Virus record (IMG/VR): IMGVR_UViG_3300003375_000132
Coordinates: 1 to 25,580 of that record
From: a virus
Taxonomy: Duplodnaviria > Caudoviricetes
Reading direction: 5' to 3' (one strand)
Length of the DNA stretch: 25,580 nt
The position numbers and the translations under genes are program-made. Under the pieces are notes generated by a model, which searched no databases, was not told the DNA's origin, and saw only the letters and a program-made list of their open reading frames with translations. Every line of letters begins with the position of its first letter. The stretch's first letter is position 1. Positions 1 to 7,250 of the stretch are shown one piece after another.

Positions 1-207
1 AGAGATGCCGAACTCAAGCCAATCCATATCTTTTCCAAGCGCTTCAGCGATCTTCCGAAAGTGCTTCGCCGGTACGCCACGCACTTTCCAGTGCCCCATG
101 GTCTGCTTCGTCACCGGCTTCTCGCCATCCGAAAGTTGACTTCCAAGCCAAGGCCAATTCTTGGATTGCCGGTCCAGCTCCTCTTGAATCCTTGAGTAGA
201 TGCTCAT
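1..207 (-). CDS. cI: CI-like phage repressor, N-terminal HTH (partial, runs off the left edge)
   Basis: Manual translation MSIYSRIQEELDRQSKNWPWLGSQLSDGEKPVTKQTMGHWKVRGVPAKHFRKIAEALGKDMDWLEFG has an XRE-type HTH pattern. Divergent from the cro-like gene. Confidence 0.85.
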   Translation of the reverse strand, partial: MSIYSRIQEELDRQSKNWPWLGSQLSDGEKPVTKQTMGHWKVRGVPAKHFRKIAEALGKDMDWLEFGIS

Positions 208-241
208 GTCACACATGCTGACAAGTCGCCAAAACAAATAG

Positions 242-272
242 TTGACGCATTGGTACACTTTAAGTGTATGAT
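242..272 (+). promoter_or_regulatory. PR-like promoter overlapping an operator palindrome
   Basis: TTGACG (242-247) and TATGAT (267-272) with a 19-nt spacer. Perfect 7-1-7 palindrome TACACTT-T-AAGTGTA at 254-268. The cro ATG is 6 nt after the -10 with no SD (leaderless-like). Confidence 0.65.
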
Positions 273-278
273 TGCGTC

Positions 279-545
279 ATGGAACAAACGAACCCCCTCA
301 ATTCCTCCGAGATGCGGGCGGTGATCTCCGGCGCGTTGGGGGTCAGTCAACAGGTGCTGACCAACTGGAAAGCCCGAGGCATCCCCGAATCGAAGTGCGC
401 CCCTATCGAGTTCGCCTTGAAGGGCCGGAGCACCGTAGAAGTTATGCGGCCTGATGTGAACTGGTCCCGCATCCCCGACAAGTCTTGGCCTCACCCCAAG
501 GGTCGCCCGGTCGTTGACGTGTCTCTGGCGAAGGAGTCCGTCTAG
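279..545 (+). CDS. cro: Cro-like transcriptional regulator (YdaS/Cro type)
   Basis: ALGVSQQVLTNWKARGIP...CAPIE...EVMRPDVNW pattern; divergent from cI. Confidence 0.85.
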   Translation: MEQTNPLNSSEMRAVISGALGVSQQVLTNWKARGIPESKCAPIEFALKGRSTVEVMRPDVNWSRIPDKSWPHPKGRPVVDVSLAKESV

Positions 546-809
546 ATGGACTTCGTGAAAAACATGCACGCGAAGCTCGGGGTGAAAGCCATCCCCGCCG
601 ACATTGGCGATGGCGGCGCGGCATTCGCTGGATTCATGCACTTCGCACTTGGCGAGAGCGATCAGGCACTGAAACTCTTTCAGCAATTCCGCAATGAGCA
701 CCCCGACTTCAAACCCAACGGGGCTAACGCGGCTCGATACATCGACTGGCTGATCGTCAACCATTGGGGCGGCACCATCGGCGTCGCCCAGACCAAAGAG
801 GCTGCGTGA
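546..809 (+). CDS. hypothetical protein
   Basis: ATG directly after the cro stop, AAGGAG SD upstream, normal protein composition. Confidence 0.7.
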   Translation: MDFVKNMHAKLGVKAIPADIGDGGAAFAGFMHFALGESDQALKLFQQFRNEHPDFKPNGANAARYIDWLIVNHWGGTIGVAQTKEAA

Positions 810-1072
810 TGTCGAGCGAACGCAAAGAATTAGCCCTGCTCGTTGAGGCGTCTGAGGTCTCGTATGAGCTTCTCCGCTTTGTCCACGTTCCGCTGAGTGG
901 CCTCCTTGACGGCGGACAGGTCCGCACGCATCGGCCCGGCGCAGAGGGCGCACTTGAGCTGCGTCAGCTTCGTGATCTTGCTGAACGGATGGGAAACCTT
1001 GTTTCCGCACTCCGTGCAGGTGAATTCGACCGGTACGTTCTTGATATTCACGGGGGCACCTATGCAGGCTGA
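809..1072 (+). CDS. hypothetical protein (sense partner of antisense Zn-ribbon gene 1)
   Basis: TGATG overlap with the previous ORF and GAGG SD. Resembles 1883-2146 (LVSALRAGEFD vs LLAAVRAGKFD). Could be a shadow frame. Confidence 0.4.
   Translation: MSSERKELALLVEASEVSYELLRFVHVPLSGLLDGGQVRTHRPGAEGALELRQLRDLAERMGNLVSALRAGEFDRYVLDIHGGTYAG
830..1051 (-). CDS. small double-CxxC zinc-ribbon protein, 73 aa
   Basis: GTG start with AGGT SD; FTCTECG...LKCALCA followed by an amphipathic tail. Same length and layout as 1943-2164. Confidence 0.7.
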   Translation of the reverse strand: MNIKNVPVEFTCTECGNKVSHPFSKITKLTQLKCALCAGPMRADLSAVKEATQRNVDKAEKLIRDLRRLNEQG

Positions 1073-1142
1073 AGTCGTGGAAAACGGATTCTTGCATGGT
1101 GCTGCCCCCACCACCACCCCCCAGACCAAAGAGGTGGCGTGA

Positions 1143-1313
1143 ATGAATGACCTTCTTCTGACTCTGATTTGGGTCGGTGCCATCAACACCGTCGGGGCGC
1201 TCTGGGCCGGCTTCACTGGAAATCTGCCTGCACAAACCCCGTTTGTGCGCCTGTTCAATGCCTCCTACACAGCCGCCATTGGCTTGTGGGCCTTCTACCT
1301 GCTGGTCGCCTGA
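1143..1313 (+). CDS. small membrane protein, 56 aa
   Basis: Manual translation MNDLLLTLIWVGAINTVGALWAGFTG...YTAAIGLWAFYLLVA with two hydrophobic segments; GAGGTG SD. Confidence 0.6.
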   Translation: MNDLLLTLIWVGAINTVGALWAGFTGNLPAQTPFVRLFNASYTAAIGLWAFYLLVA

Positions 1314-1324
1314 GATGCGCGCCA

Positions 1325-1486
1325 TCAGCGGTTCATCAGTCGCTTCGTCACGGCTCGGTCTAGCCAGGCTTGCAAGCACATATCGCATCCGCGCCATAGC
1401 GCGACTGCAAACGCCACGCATCCTGCGAGCCCGAGAAAAGCGGCGAGCTGTGAAAACGTGGCCCAAGTATTGGAAATCCATTTCAT
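1325..1486 (-). CDS. possible small membrane protein, 53 aa
   Basis: MKWISNTWATFSQLAAFLGLAGCVAFAVALW has one hydrophobic segment; SD is poorly spaced. Confidence 0.4.
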   Translation of the reverse strand: MKWISNTWATFSQLAAFLGLAGCVAFAVALWRGCDMCLQAWLDRAVTKRLMNR

Positions 1487-1600
1487 CGCCTCGGCAGGCG
1501 TCGTGCCTGTCACTTGGACCTGTCGTTGCCGAGGATTGCGACTTAGCCCAAGCCAAGAGTGCATGGGAAGCTGATCGCCGCTGGCTGCTTGGCCCGGTCC

Positions 1601-1801
1601 TTAACGACGTTTGGGAGATAGCCCGAACCAAGATGTCCGGAAAAGACGTGGCAATCCGAATTCTTCGGATTCTTCTTCGACCATTTTTATGGCTTTTATG
1701 AATTCCTCCCTCAGAAGTTCGCCGCTCGGGTATTCCTGCGAACGCGCATACGAAGCTGCGGCAAGTTGCGCCGCCGCAAGAAAGATCGTGTCCTTTGTCA
1801 T
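1601..1801 (-). CDS. hypothetical protein, 66 aa
   Basis: GGAAAGGG SD, helical protein-like composition, upstream leftward -10-like TAGACT. Confidence 0.6.
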   Translation of the reverse strand: MTKDTIFLAAAQLAAASYARSQEYPSGELLREEFIKAIKMVEEESEEFGLPRLFRTSWFGLSPKRR

Positions 1802-1882
1802 GGCCGTGGCCCTTTCCAGCTGGTTGAGTAGAGACCTCCAGTCTAGTCAGGTGTCCACGGCCGCCCAACAAAAGGGGCTCGC

Positions 1883-2146
1883 GTGATTCATCCAATCTTG
1901 AAGATTCACTGCGATTTAGACGCTCTTGACGCAGCTCTCCAGTCACTTTCCGAGCTTGCGGAGCATCGCACCGAAGTCGTCCAGAGATTTCTGGACGGCA
2001 TCGATTCCTTTTCTGAGCTCGTCCGCATCGACCCCGAAAGTCTTCCCGCACTCGGTGCAGATCAGTTGCGGATTGCTCTTCAACCGTCCGATCGTCTCGT
2101 TGAGCTTCTGGCCGCAGTGCGGGCAGGGAAATTCGATGGATCGTGA
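1883..2146 (+). CDS. hypothetical protein (sense partner of antisense Zn-ribbon gene 2)
   Basis: GTG start with AAGGGG SD; in codon register with 1943-2164. Could be a shadow frame. Confidence 0.45.
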   Translation: MIHPILKIHCDLDALDAALQSLSELAEHRTEVVQRFLDGIDSFSELVRIDPESLPALGADQLRIALQPSDRLVELLAAVRAGKFDGS

Positions 2147-2164
2147 GTCCAAGTCCAGTTTCAT
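1943..2164 (-). CDS. small double-CxxC zinc-ribbon protein, 73 aa
   Basis: FPCPHCG...LICTECG with a helical C-terminus; GGAAG SD. Confidence 0.75.
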   Translation of the reverse strand: MKLDLDSRSIEFPCPHCGQKLNETIGRLKSNPQLICTECGKTFGVDADELRKGIDAVQKSLDDFGAMLRKLGK

Positions 2165-2175
2165 AAGGCTTCCAA

Positions 2176-2472
2176 ATGCTAGTTTTTGAAGAAATCTCCA
2201 AGATCGCCGCCGAGGAATGGGCGAAGGCCCACGCCTTATCTTTCCGCCCGAACCCGATCGAGTTCGGCCACGCCGCAGCGAAGGTCTTCCTTGCCTGCTG
2301 GGAGACCTTGGGCCACGCGGGCGACGAAAAGGCTACGGCTGCTGCTTTAGCTGCTCTATCAGTTCGGCCCGAAGTGCTGCGATTGATTTCGCAGCTTTCT
2401 GAGCTTCGTCTGCCGACTGGACAGGGAATGACCCAAACAGCTGCTCCGGCCTCTGAAGGATCAGCTTTATGA
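2176..2472 (+). CDS. hypothetical protein
   Basis: Protein-like N-terminal two thirds; the 3' end overlaps the convergent ORF 2333-2524 by 140 nt. Confidence 0.5.
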   Translation: MLVFEEISKIAAEEWAKAHALSFRPNPIEFGHAAAKVFLACWETLGHAGDEKATAAALAALSVRPEVLRLISQLSELRLPTGQGMTQTAAPASEGSAL

Positions 2473-2524
2473 ACTCGTCCGCCTTGTTGGCGGCGGAGGA
2501 TATGGGCATGGGCGAAGTGGCCAT
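2333..2524 (-). CDS. hypothetical helical protein (start at 2524 or 2509)
   Basis: AANKADEFIKLILQRPEQLF...AKSIAALRAELIEQLKQQP; upstream leftward -10-like TAGGAT. Confidence 0.55.
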   Translation of the reverse strand: MATSPMPISSAANKADEFIKLILQRPEQLFGSFPVQSADEAQKAAKSIAALRAELIEQLKQQP

Positions 2525-2607
2525 TTTGAGGTCGCTTTCTGGTGATGGTTGTGTGGACTTCCATCCTATGCCGGAAGGCGACCTCACCCGCGCCGGGAGT
2601 CTGTGAC

Positions 2608-2769
2608 GTGGTTACGTTCGTCGCCCTGATCTGCCTTTGGCACGGCCTGCTCGCCGCCTTCACGCTTGCCGAGATCATGGACCCTGCTATGCGCGCCACG
2701 CATCTTTGGCCGAAGGCGCTGGGCCATCTTGCCTTCATGTCTGCCGCAATCGTTTTGCTCGCGTCATGA
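2608..2769 (+). CDS. small membrane protein, 53 aa
   Basis: GTG start after GGGAG SD; two hydrophobic segments. Confidence 0.5.
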   Translation: MVTFVALICLWHGLLAAFTLAEIMDPAMRATHLWPKALGHLAFMSAAIVLLAS

Positions 2770-2898
2770 AAAACCTTGTCTCCCCCGCTGTCGCCCAAGC
2801 TGGTGTTACCTCCGTTCGCCAGGACAGCGTTTACCCCGGCGTCGTTCGCGGCGCTGGGGGCTTTTCTTGAATTTGGTTTTGGCTCATTCATGCCAAAA

Positions 2899-2933
2899 AT
2901 TTTGTCCAGTTAAGCCCCACAACGCCACTCAAC
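2899..2933 (-). promoter_or_regulatory. PRE-like leftward promoter with CII-type direct repeat
   Basis: Minus strand reads GTTG-AGTGGC-GTTG (tetramer-N6-tetramer, the lambda CII box geometry), then -10-like CAAAAT (2904-2899). It lies immediately upstream of the cII-like gene. Confidence 0.5.
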
Positions 2934-2946
2934 AAATTCCAAGACC

Positions 2947-3342
2947 ATGACGCAGCTTGCAATCCCGGTCGAAATCACGGCCAGCGACGTTGCCAGAGAG
3001 AAGTCTTTAGGCGGAGCGATTGAGCTCTGCTACAAGGCGGCCGGCTATGAAGGTAAGGAGGTCGAGCATGACCTAAAGCTGGACAAGGCGCAGCTCTCGC
3101 GCTGGAAGACCGGTGGCGAAGGCGTTGTCTGGCCTAAGTTTGTCGCCTTGATGGATTACTGCGGCAACGACGCCCCGCTTCTTTGGATGCTGCATGACCG
3201 CGGCTATGACCTCCACAGCTTGCGCCGGCGCGAAACCGAGACTGAGCGCCGCCTGCGTCTGGCCCAGGAAGAAATCGAGAACCTCAAAAAGGAGCGCGAG
3301 GTCGAGCGCCGCCTGTTTCGTGAACTGAGGGCGCCAGCATGA
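2947..3342 (+). CDS. CII-like HTH transcriptional regulator
   Basis: KEVEHDLKLDKAQLSRWKTG HTH and coiled-coil C-terminus; lies between cro and the replication genes. Confidence 0.65.
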   Translation: MTQLAIPVEITASDVAREKSLGGAIELCYKAAGYEGKEVEHDLKLDKAQLSRWKTGGEGVVWPKFVALMDYCGNDAPLLWMLHDRGYDLHSLRRRETETERRLRLAQEEIENLKKEREVERRLFRELRAPA

Positions 3343-3677
3343 AAACCATGGTCGCCGAGACAAGCCTTGAGGCTTACCACTCGCTCCCGGTCGCGGACTA
3401 TCTCCAGCCGCGCGAGCGCGACGTTATGGACCTGTTCCAGGACCCCATAACGCTTCTCACGCGCAAGCAGATCGCCGCGCGCACCGGCCTGGAGCTCAGC
3501 TGTGTCTGTGGCCGCGTGAACTCGCTGGTCACCAAGAACAGGCTGGCGGTGCGCGGCGATTCTATTGACCACGTCACTGGCAAGCGCCAGGAGGTGCTGG
3601 GCCTGCCGCTGCTGGCGCAAACATGCTTCTTGGACCAGCAAGGCGAGATCGATCGCACGGGGATCGCAGAAGCGTGA
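3339..3677 (+). CDS. winged-helix DNA-binding phage protein
   Basis: LTRKQIAARTGLELSCVCGRVNSLV motif; ATGA coupling. Confidence 0.7.
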   Translation: MKTMVAETSLEAYHSLPVADYLQPRERDVMDLFQDPITLLTRKQIAARTGLELSCVCGRVNSLVTKNRLAVRGDSIDHVTGKRQEVLGLPLLAQTCFLDQQGEIDRTGIAEA

Positions 3678-4060
3678 ATTACTACCCCTTCCACATCGGC
3701 GAGCCTTGGCAGTCAATGCTTGAAAGGGCAATTGCCTCCAAGCAGTCTGCAGTCGGCGGCCGCGAACTTAGCCGAATTAACTCTCGAATTCGGTCCATCC
3801 GGCTCGAAGCAGCAAGGGCAAAAGGAACACATTCGGTAGCCGATTGGAACTCGTTGATCGCCGAGTTTGGTTCCCGTTGCGTAGCCTGCGGACGCGAAGT
3901 TGCACCCACCATGCTTCAGAAGGATCACATCCTTCCAATATATCAAGGTGGCAGCGACGGCAAAGATAACTTGCAGCCACTTTGCGGATCGTGCAATGCA
4001 TCAAAAGGCCCCGACCACACCAATTGGGCTGCCGTTCGTCGCGAGAGGGGGTTTGAATGA
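3674..4060 (+). CDS. HNH endonuclease
   Basis: CVACG...KDHILPIYQGGSDGKDNLQPLCGSCNASKG; GTGA overlap start; first 10 codons duplicate the start of the next gene. Confidence 0.9.
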   Translation: MNYYPFHIGEPWQSMLERAIASKQSAVGGRELSRINSRIRSIRLEAARAKGTHSVADWNSLIAEFGSRCVACGREVAPTMLQKDHILPIYQGGSDGKDNLQPLCGSCNASKGPDHTNWAAVRRERGFE

Positions 4061-4842
4061 ACTATTACCCCTTTCATGTTGGAGATTACGCGGCCCATAC
4101 CGCACACCTTGAGCCAATGGAGGATTTGGCCTATCGGCGTCTCCTTGATCTCTACTACCTGCGCGAAGCTCCACTTCCTGCTGACATCCAGGCCACTGCA
4201 AAGCTGATCCGAATGCGTTCCATGGCGGCGGATGTCGAAGCTGTCCTGAATGAGTTCTTTGTGTTGACGAATGATGGCTGGGCGCATGCCAGGTGTGACG
4301 AAGAAATCATGCACATGCAGGATAAACAAGCGAAGGCTCGCTCATCTGCCGCAGCTTCGGTGAAGGCTCGTCAAGCGAAGGCTGAACGAGTTAGCTCAAC
4401 ATCCGCTCATACATCCGATGGCGAAAAGCATAACGAACGCTCAACGGACGTTCAGCAACATCAAGCGAACGCTGAGCTACCAACACCAACACCAACACCA
4501 ACACCAGTAGATATTGTTGGCCGCGCAAAGCGCCGCACACGCATTGACCCGAATTTCCTGCCAAACGAAACAGGATTGAACGCAGCCCAGGCGAAGGCCC
4601 TTCGCGTGGAGATTGAGCTACCTAAGTTCCGCGACTACCACCTGGCCAAAGGATCGACCATGGTCGATTGGCAAGCCGCCTGGCGCACCTGGGTCGGCAA
4701 CGCCCGCCCATCGCCTTCGGCCACGCTGGCCACCGAAACCGCCTATCAGCGCTCAATGCGTGAGCGCTACGAGGAAGCCAGCGGCAAACGCCGCCAAGCC
4801 GTGATCGACATCACCCCGACGACTTTGGAGCTGAGCCAATGA
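4057..4842 (+). CDS. phage replication initiator (YdaU/DUF1376-like)
   Basis: MNYYPFHVGDYAAHTAHL...AYRRLLDLYY N-terminus, PT linker, C-terminal DWQAAWRTW. Confidence 0.85.
   Translation: MNYYPFHVGDYAAHTAHLEPMEDLAYRRLLDLYYLREAPLPADIQATAKLIRMRSMAADVEAVLNEFFVLTNDGWAHARCDEEIMHMQDKQAKARSSAAASVKARQAKAERVSSTSAHTSDGEKHNERSTDVQQHQANAELPTPTPTPTPVDIVGRAKRRTRIDPNFLPNETGLNAAQAKALRVEIELPKFRDYHLAKGSTMVDWQAAWRTWVGNARPSPSATLATETAYQRSMRERYEEASGKRRQAVIDITPTTLELSQ
4326..4478 (+). repeat. putative replication-origin iterons
   Basis: Degenerate repeats AAGCGAAGGCTCG, GTGAAGGCTCG, AAGCGAAGGCTGA, AACGAACGCTCA and AAGCGAACGCTGA in the middle of the initiator gene, the usual lambdoid ori position. Confidence 0.55.
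4480..4506 (+). repeat. (CCAACA)4.5 tandem repeat encoding a Pro-Thr linker
   Basis: Directly visible in the sequence. Confidence 0.9.
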
Positions 4843-5291
4843 GCCTGCCTGCACACTGGATCGACAAGATTTTCGACCGCCTCGCAATCCGCTACGGACG
4901 TGATTTCCTGGGGCGTTGGGAGGGAATGCCCATTGCCGACGTGAAAACCGATTGGGGCGATGTCCTGAACGGATTCTCCGATGACGGCAAATCCATCGGA
5001 TGGGCGTTGGACAACCTTCCGGACAGCAAGCCCCCGACAGCACAGGAGTTTCGCGCCATCTGTCGTCGCGCGCCAACGCCGAACCTCCCGCGCCTGGAAG
5101 CGCCGAAGCCAGATCCCGAGGTGGTGGCCAAAGTCATAGAGGGCCTGCGCCAGCCCGCGCCGCGCGTCGACGGCCGCGAATGGGCGCGGATCATCATTCG
5201 ACGGTTTGAATCGGGCGAAAAACTTAAGCCCTACACGCTCCGCTGTGCTGAGCAGGCCCTGCGCAGCGATCTGATGCCGGAGGCGGCATGA
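4839..5291 (+). CDS. replication-associated protein (P position)
   Basis: Coupled to the initiator gene; KPPTAQEFRAIC motif. Confidence 0.65.
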   Translation: MSLPAHWIDKIFDRLAIRYGRDFLGRWEGMPIADVKTDWGDVLNGFSDDGKSIGWALDNLPDSKPPTAQEFRAICRRAPTPNLPRLEAPKPDPEVVAKVIEGLRQPAPRVDGREWARIIIRRFESGEKLKPYTLRCAEQALRSDLMPEAA

Positions 5292-5698
5292 ATCTCACCG
5301 GCAAGCCCGAATACCTGCGCAAGCTGCTGCAGCTGGGCGAGATGACCGCCAAGGAAGTCCGTCATTACACAGGATGGAAAGAAGACGAAGTTGAACAGGC
5401 GATTCAGGCCGCCCTGGCGTGCGGCGCGATCGCCTGGAAGCATGGCATCAACAACAGCGAATCTTGCCGCGTGTATCTGGTCAAGGAACACCATGAACTG
5501 CCCAGCGTGCCGAGCGCACGAGTTGAATCCCCTGTCCGGCCTATACCGCGCTCAATGTGTTCAATGCGGTGCGAGGCTCTTGGCGTCTGTCAGGCCTTCG
5601 CGCCATGCGCAAAACGGCTTATTGGCGGCGATAGCGCGCCACAGCGACGCACCAGATCGAGCCGAGATATTGGCTTGTCTGAAAGGGATGCAACGTGA
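5288..5698 (+). CDS. hypothetical HTH-like protein with a read-through tail
   Basis: GGAGG SD and ATGA coupling; first ~65 aa are HTH-like. Confidence 0.6.
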   Translation: MNLTGKPEYLRKLLQLGEMTAKEVRHYTGWKEDEVEQAIQAALACGAIAWKHGINNSESCRVYLVKEHHELPSVPSARVESPVRPIPRSMCSMRCEALGVCQAFAPCAKRLIGGDSAPQRRTRSSRDIGLSERDAT

Positions 5699-5708
5699 TC
5701 CGGATTGA
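5493..5708 (+). CDS. small CxxC...CxxC protein
   Basis: AAGGA SD; MNCPAC...QCVQC. Confidence 0.65.
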   Translation: MNCPACRAHELNPLSGLYRAQCVQCGARLLASVRPSRHAQNGLLAAIARHSDAPDRAEILACLKGMQRDPD

Positions 5709-6036
5709 ACTTCCCCTGAAGACTGTCAGCCTGCTGAACATGCGGGAGCACTGGCGCGCCAACGCAACTCGCAAGGCGTTACATCGCCGGACCGTCAGCC
5801 TCGCATTCATTGCCGCCAAAGCCGCGGCGCCAGAGCTTCCCGTAACCGTGACGCTGACCCGCGTATCGCCTGGAACGCTCGACGAGCATGACAACCTGCC
5901 GAGTGCGTTCAAGCATGTCGTCGATGGCGTGGCGTCATGGCTTGGCATCGATGACGCAGACCCGCGCGTGACCTGGAGGTATGCGCAGCAGAAATGCGCA
6001 CGCGGAAAATTTGGCGTGATCGTGGAGGTCGCATGA
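5695..6036 (+). CDS. rusA: RusA-like Holliday junction resolvase
   Basis: DEHDNLPSAFKHVVDGVASWLGIDDAD acidic/Lys motif. Confidence 0.7.
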   Translation: MIRIELPLKTVSLLNMREHWRANATRKALHRRTVSLAFIAAKAAAPELPVTVTLTRVSPGTLDEHDNLPSAFKHVVDGVASWLGIDDADPRVTWRYAQQKCARGKFGVIVEVA

Positions 6037-6254
6037 TCCAGCTCGCCCTCGCCTTCTTCGGCCTGTCTGCGATGTTCATGGCCACCGGAGGAAATCCTGA
6101 TCTGTACCGCTGGGCGCCTTTGGTAGGCCTTTGCGCCCAACCATTTTGGTTTGTTTTCGCCGTGCGGTCCAAGGCCTGGGGCCTCATCGTCCTGTCGATC
6201 GCATATTCGGCGGTGTATGTCCGCGGCGCTCTCATTCAATGGGGGTTGGCATGA
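6033..6254 (+). CDS. small multi-pass membrane protein
   Basis: Three hydrophobic segments; GGAGG SD; ATGA coupling. Confidence 0.75.
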   Translation: MIQLALAFFGLSAMFMATGGNPDLYRWAPLVGLCAQPFWFVFAVRSKAWGLIVLSIAYSAVYVRGALIQWGLA

Positions 6255-6739
6255 CCGACCGCCTGATTCTGTCCGTCTGGGAGCCAGTCATGGCCCACCG
6301 GATGCTGACTGATAGGCTTTGGCCAACGCTCAAGGCAATGCTTATGGCCGGCCAGCGCATGGTTATCGAACTGCGCCAGGAAAAGCGCAGCGATGCTGAG
6401 AACCGGATGTTGCACGCGATGCTGGGTCACATCAGCAAGAACTTCCAATGGGCCGGCGCAAAACGGGATACCGAGACGTGGAAACGCCTGCTGACTGCCG
6501 CATGGCTTCGCGCGCGCGGCGAGCACGTCGAAATGCTGCCGGCGCTGGATGGTCATGGCGTGGACATCGTGTTTCGGCGCACCAGTTCGCTGACCCGCAA
6601 GGAGTGCGCCGAGCTGATCGAGTTCATCTTCGCCTGGGGATGTGAAAACGACATCGAATTCCCGGCGCCCGATAGCCTGGAAGCGCCCAGGAAGCCCAGC
6701 GAACTCGTGGTCGATGCGGAGACGGGGGAAATCCTGTGA
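6251..6739 (+). CDS. ninB: recombination protein NinB family
   Basis: KRSDAENRMLHAMLGHIS...WKRLLTA...RTSSLTRKECAELIEFIFAWG. Confidence 0.85.
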   Translation: MTDRLILSVWEPVMAHRMLTDRLWPTLKAMLMAGQRMVIELRQEKRSDAENRMLHAMLGHISKNFQWAGAKRDTETWKRLLTAAWLRARGEHVEMLPALDGHGVDIVFRRTSSLTRKECAELIEFIFAWGCENDIEFPAPDSLEAPRKPSELVVDAETGEIL

Positions 6740-6951
6740 GCGCCCTACGCTGCGCCCGTTGTAACCGCGAGCTGTTGAGCGTCACGGTTCAGGTGGGTTC
6801 TCATGTTGTGGGGCCTGTTTGTGCACAGCTCATGGGCATCACGCCACCGCGATCGCAAACCCGCAAGTCGACGCTCGCGCGCGGGCCCGGCCGCCGCAAG
6901 GCGCTTGGCGCTCCTGCCGCCCAGCTGGCGCTGTTCGAGGTCTCGCCGTGA
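6736..6951 (+). CDS. small Zn-binding hypothetical protein
   Basis: CARCNREL...GPVCA; GTGA overlaps at both ends. Confidence 0.65.
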   Translation: MSALRCARCNRELLSVTVQVGSHVVGPVCAQLMGITPPRSQTRKSTLARGPGRRKALGAPAAQLALFEVSP

Positions 6952-7250
6952 GCCAAATCACAGAAAGCGCGCGCGGGGAAGACTGCCAGGTCAGGCTGCC
7001 AGGAATCTGCAGCTTTGACCCGGCCAAGACCATTTGGAGCCACTGCCGCCACGGCTCGGCGGGCAGGGGAAAGGCAATCAAAGCGATTGACCTGGCCGGC
7101 GCCTACGCGTGCACCTCGTGCGATGCCGCCTATGACCAGATGCTTGGCGCGCGCCAGGCCGGCCTCACCCGCGAGCAAATCGACCTGGACTGGTTCCATG
7201 GGCACATGCGCTCACTCGTAATTCTGAAAAACAAGGGATTGATCAAGTGA
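6948..7250 (+). CDS. DUF1364/YbcO-like putative nuclease
   Basis: SARGEDCQVRLPGIC...H...GAYACTSC...D. Confidence 0.85.
   Translation: MSQITESARGEDCQVRLPGICSFDPAKTIWSHCRHGSAGRGKAIKAIDLAGAYACTSCDAAYDQMLGARQAGLTREQIDLDWFHGHMRSLVILKNKGLIK

Noticed and set aside
1315-1701. Plus-strand 128-aa ORF
   Set aside because: Arg-rich, no SD, overlaps two better minus-strand candidates; cannot be supported as a protein gene.
4326-4506. CRISPR-like array or VNTR
   Set aside because: Short degenerate repeats inside a coding region with no unique spacers; they fit iterons and a Pro-Thr linker.
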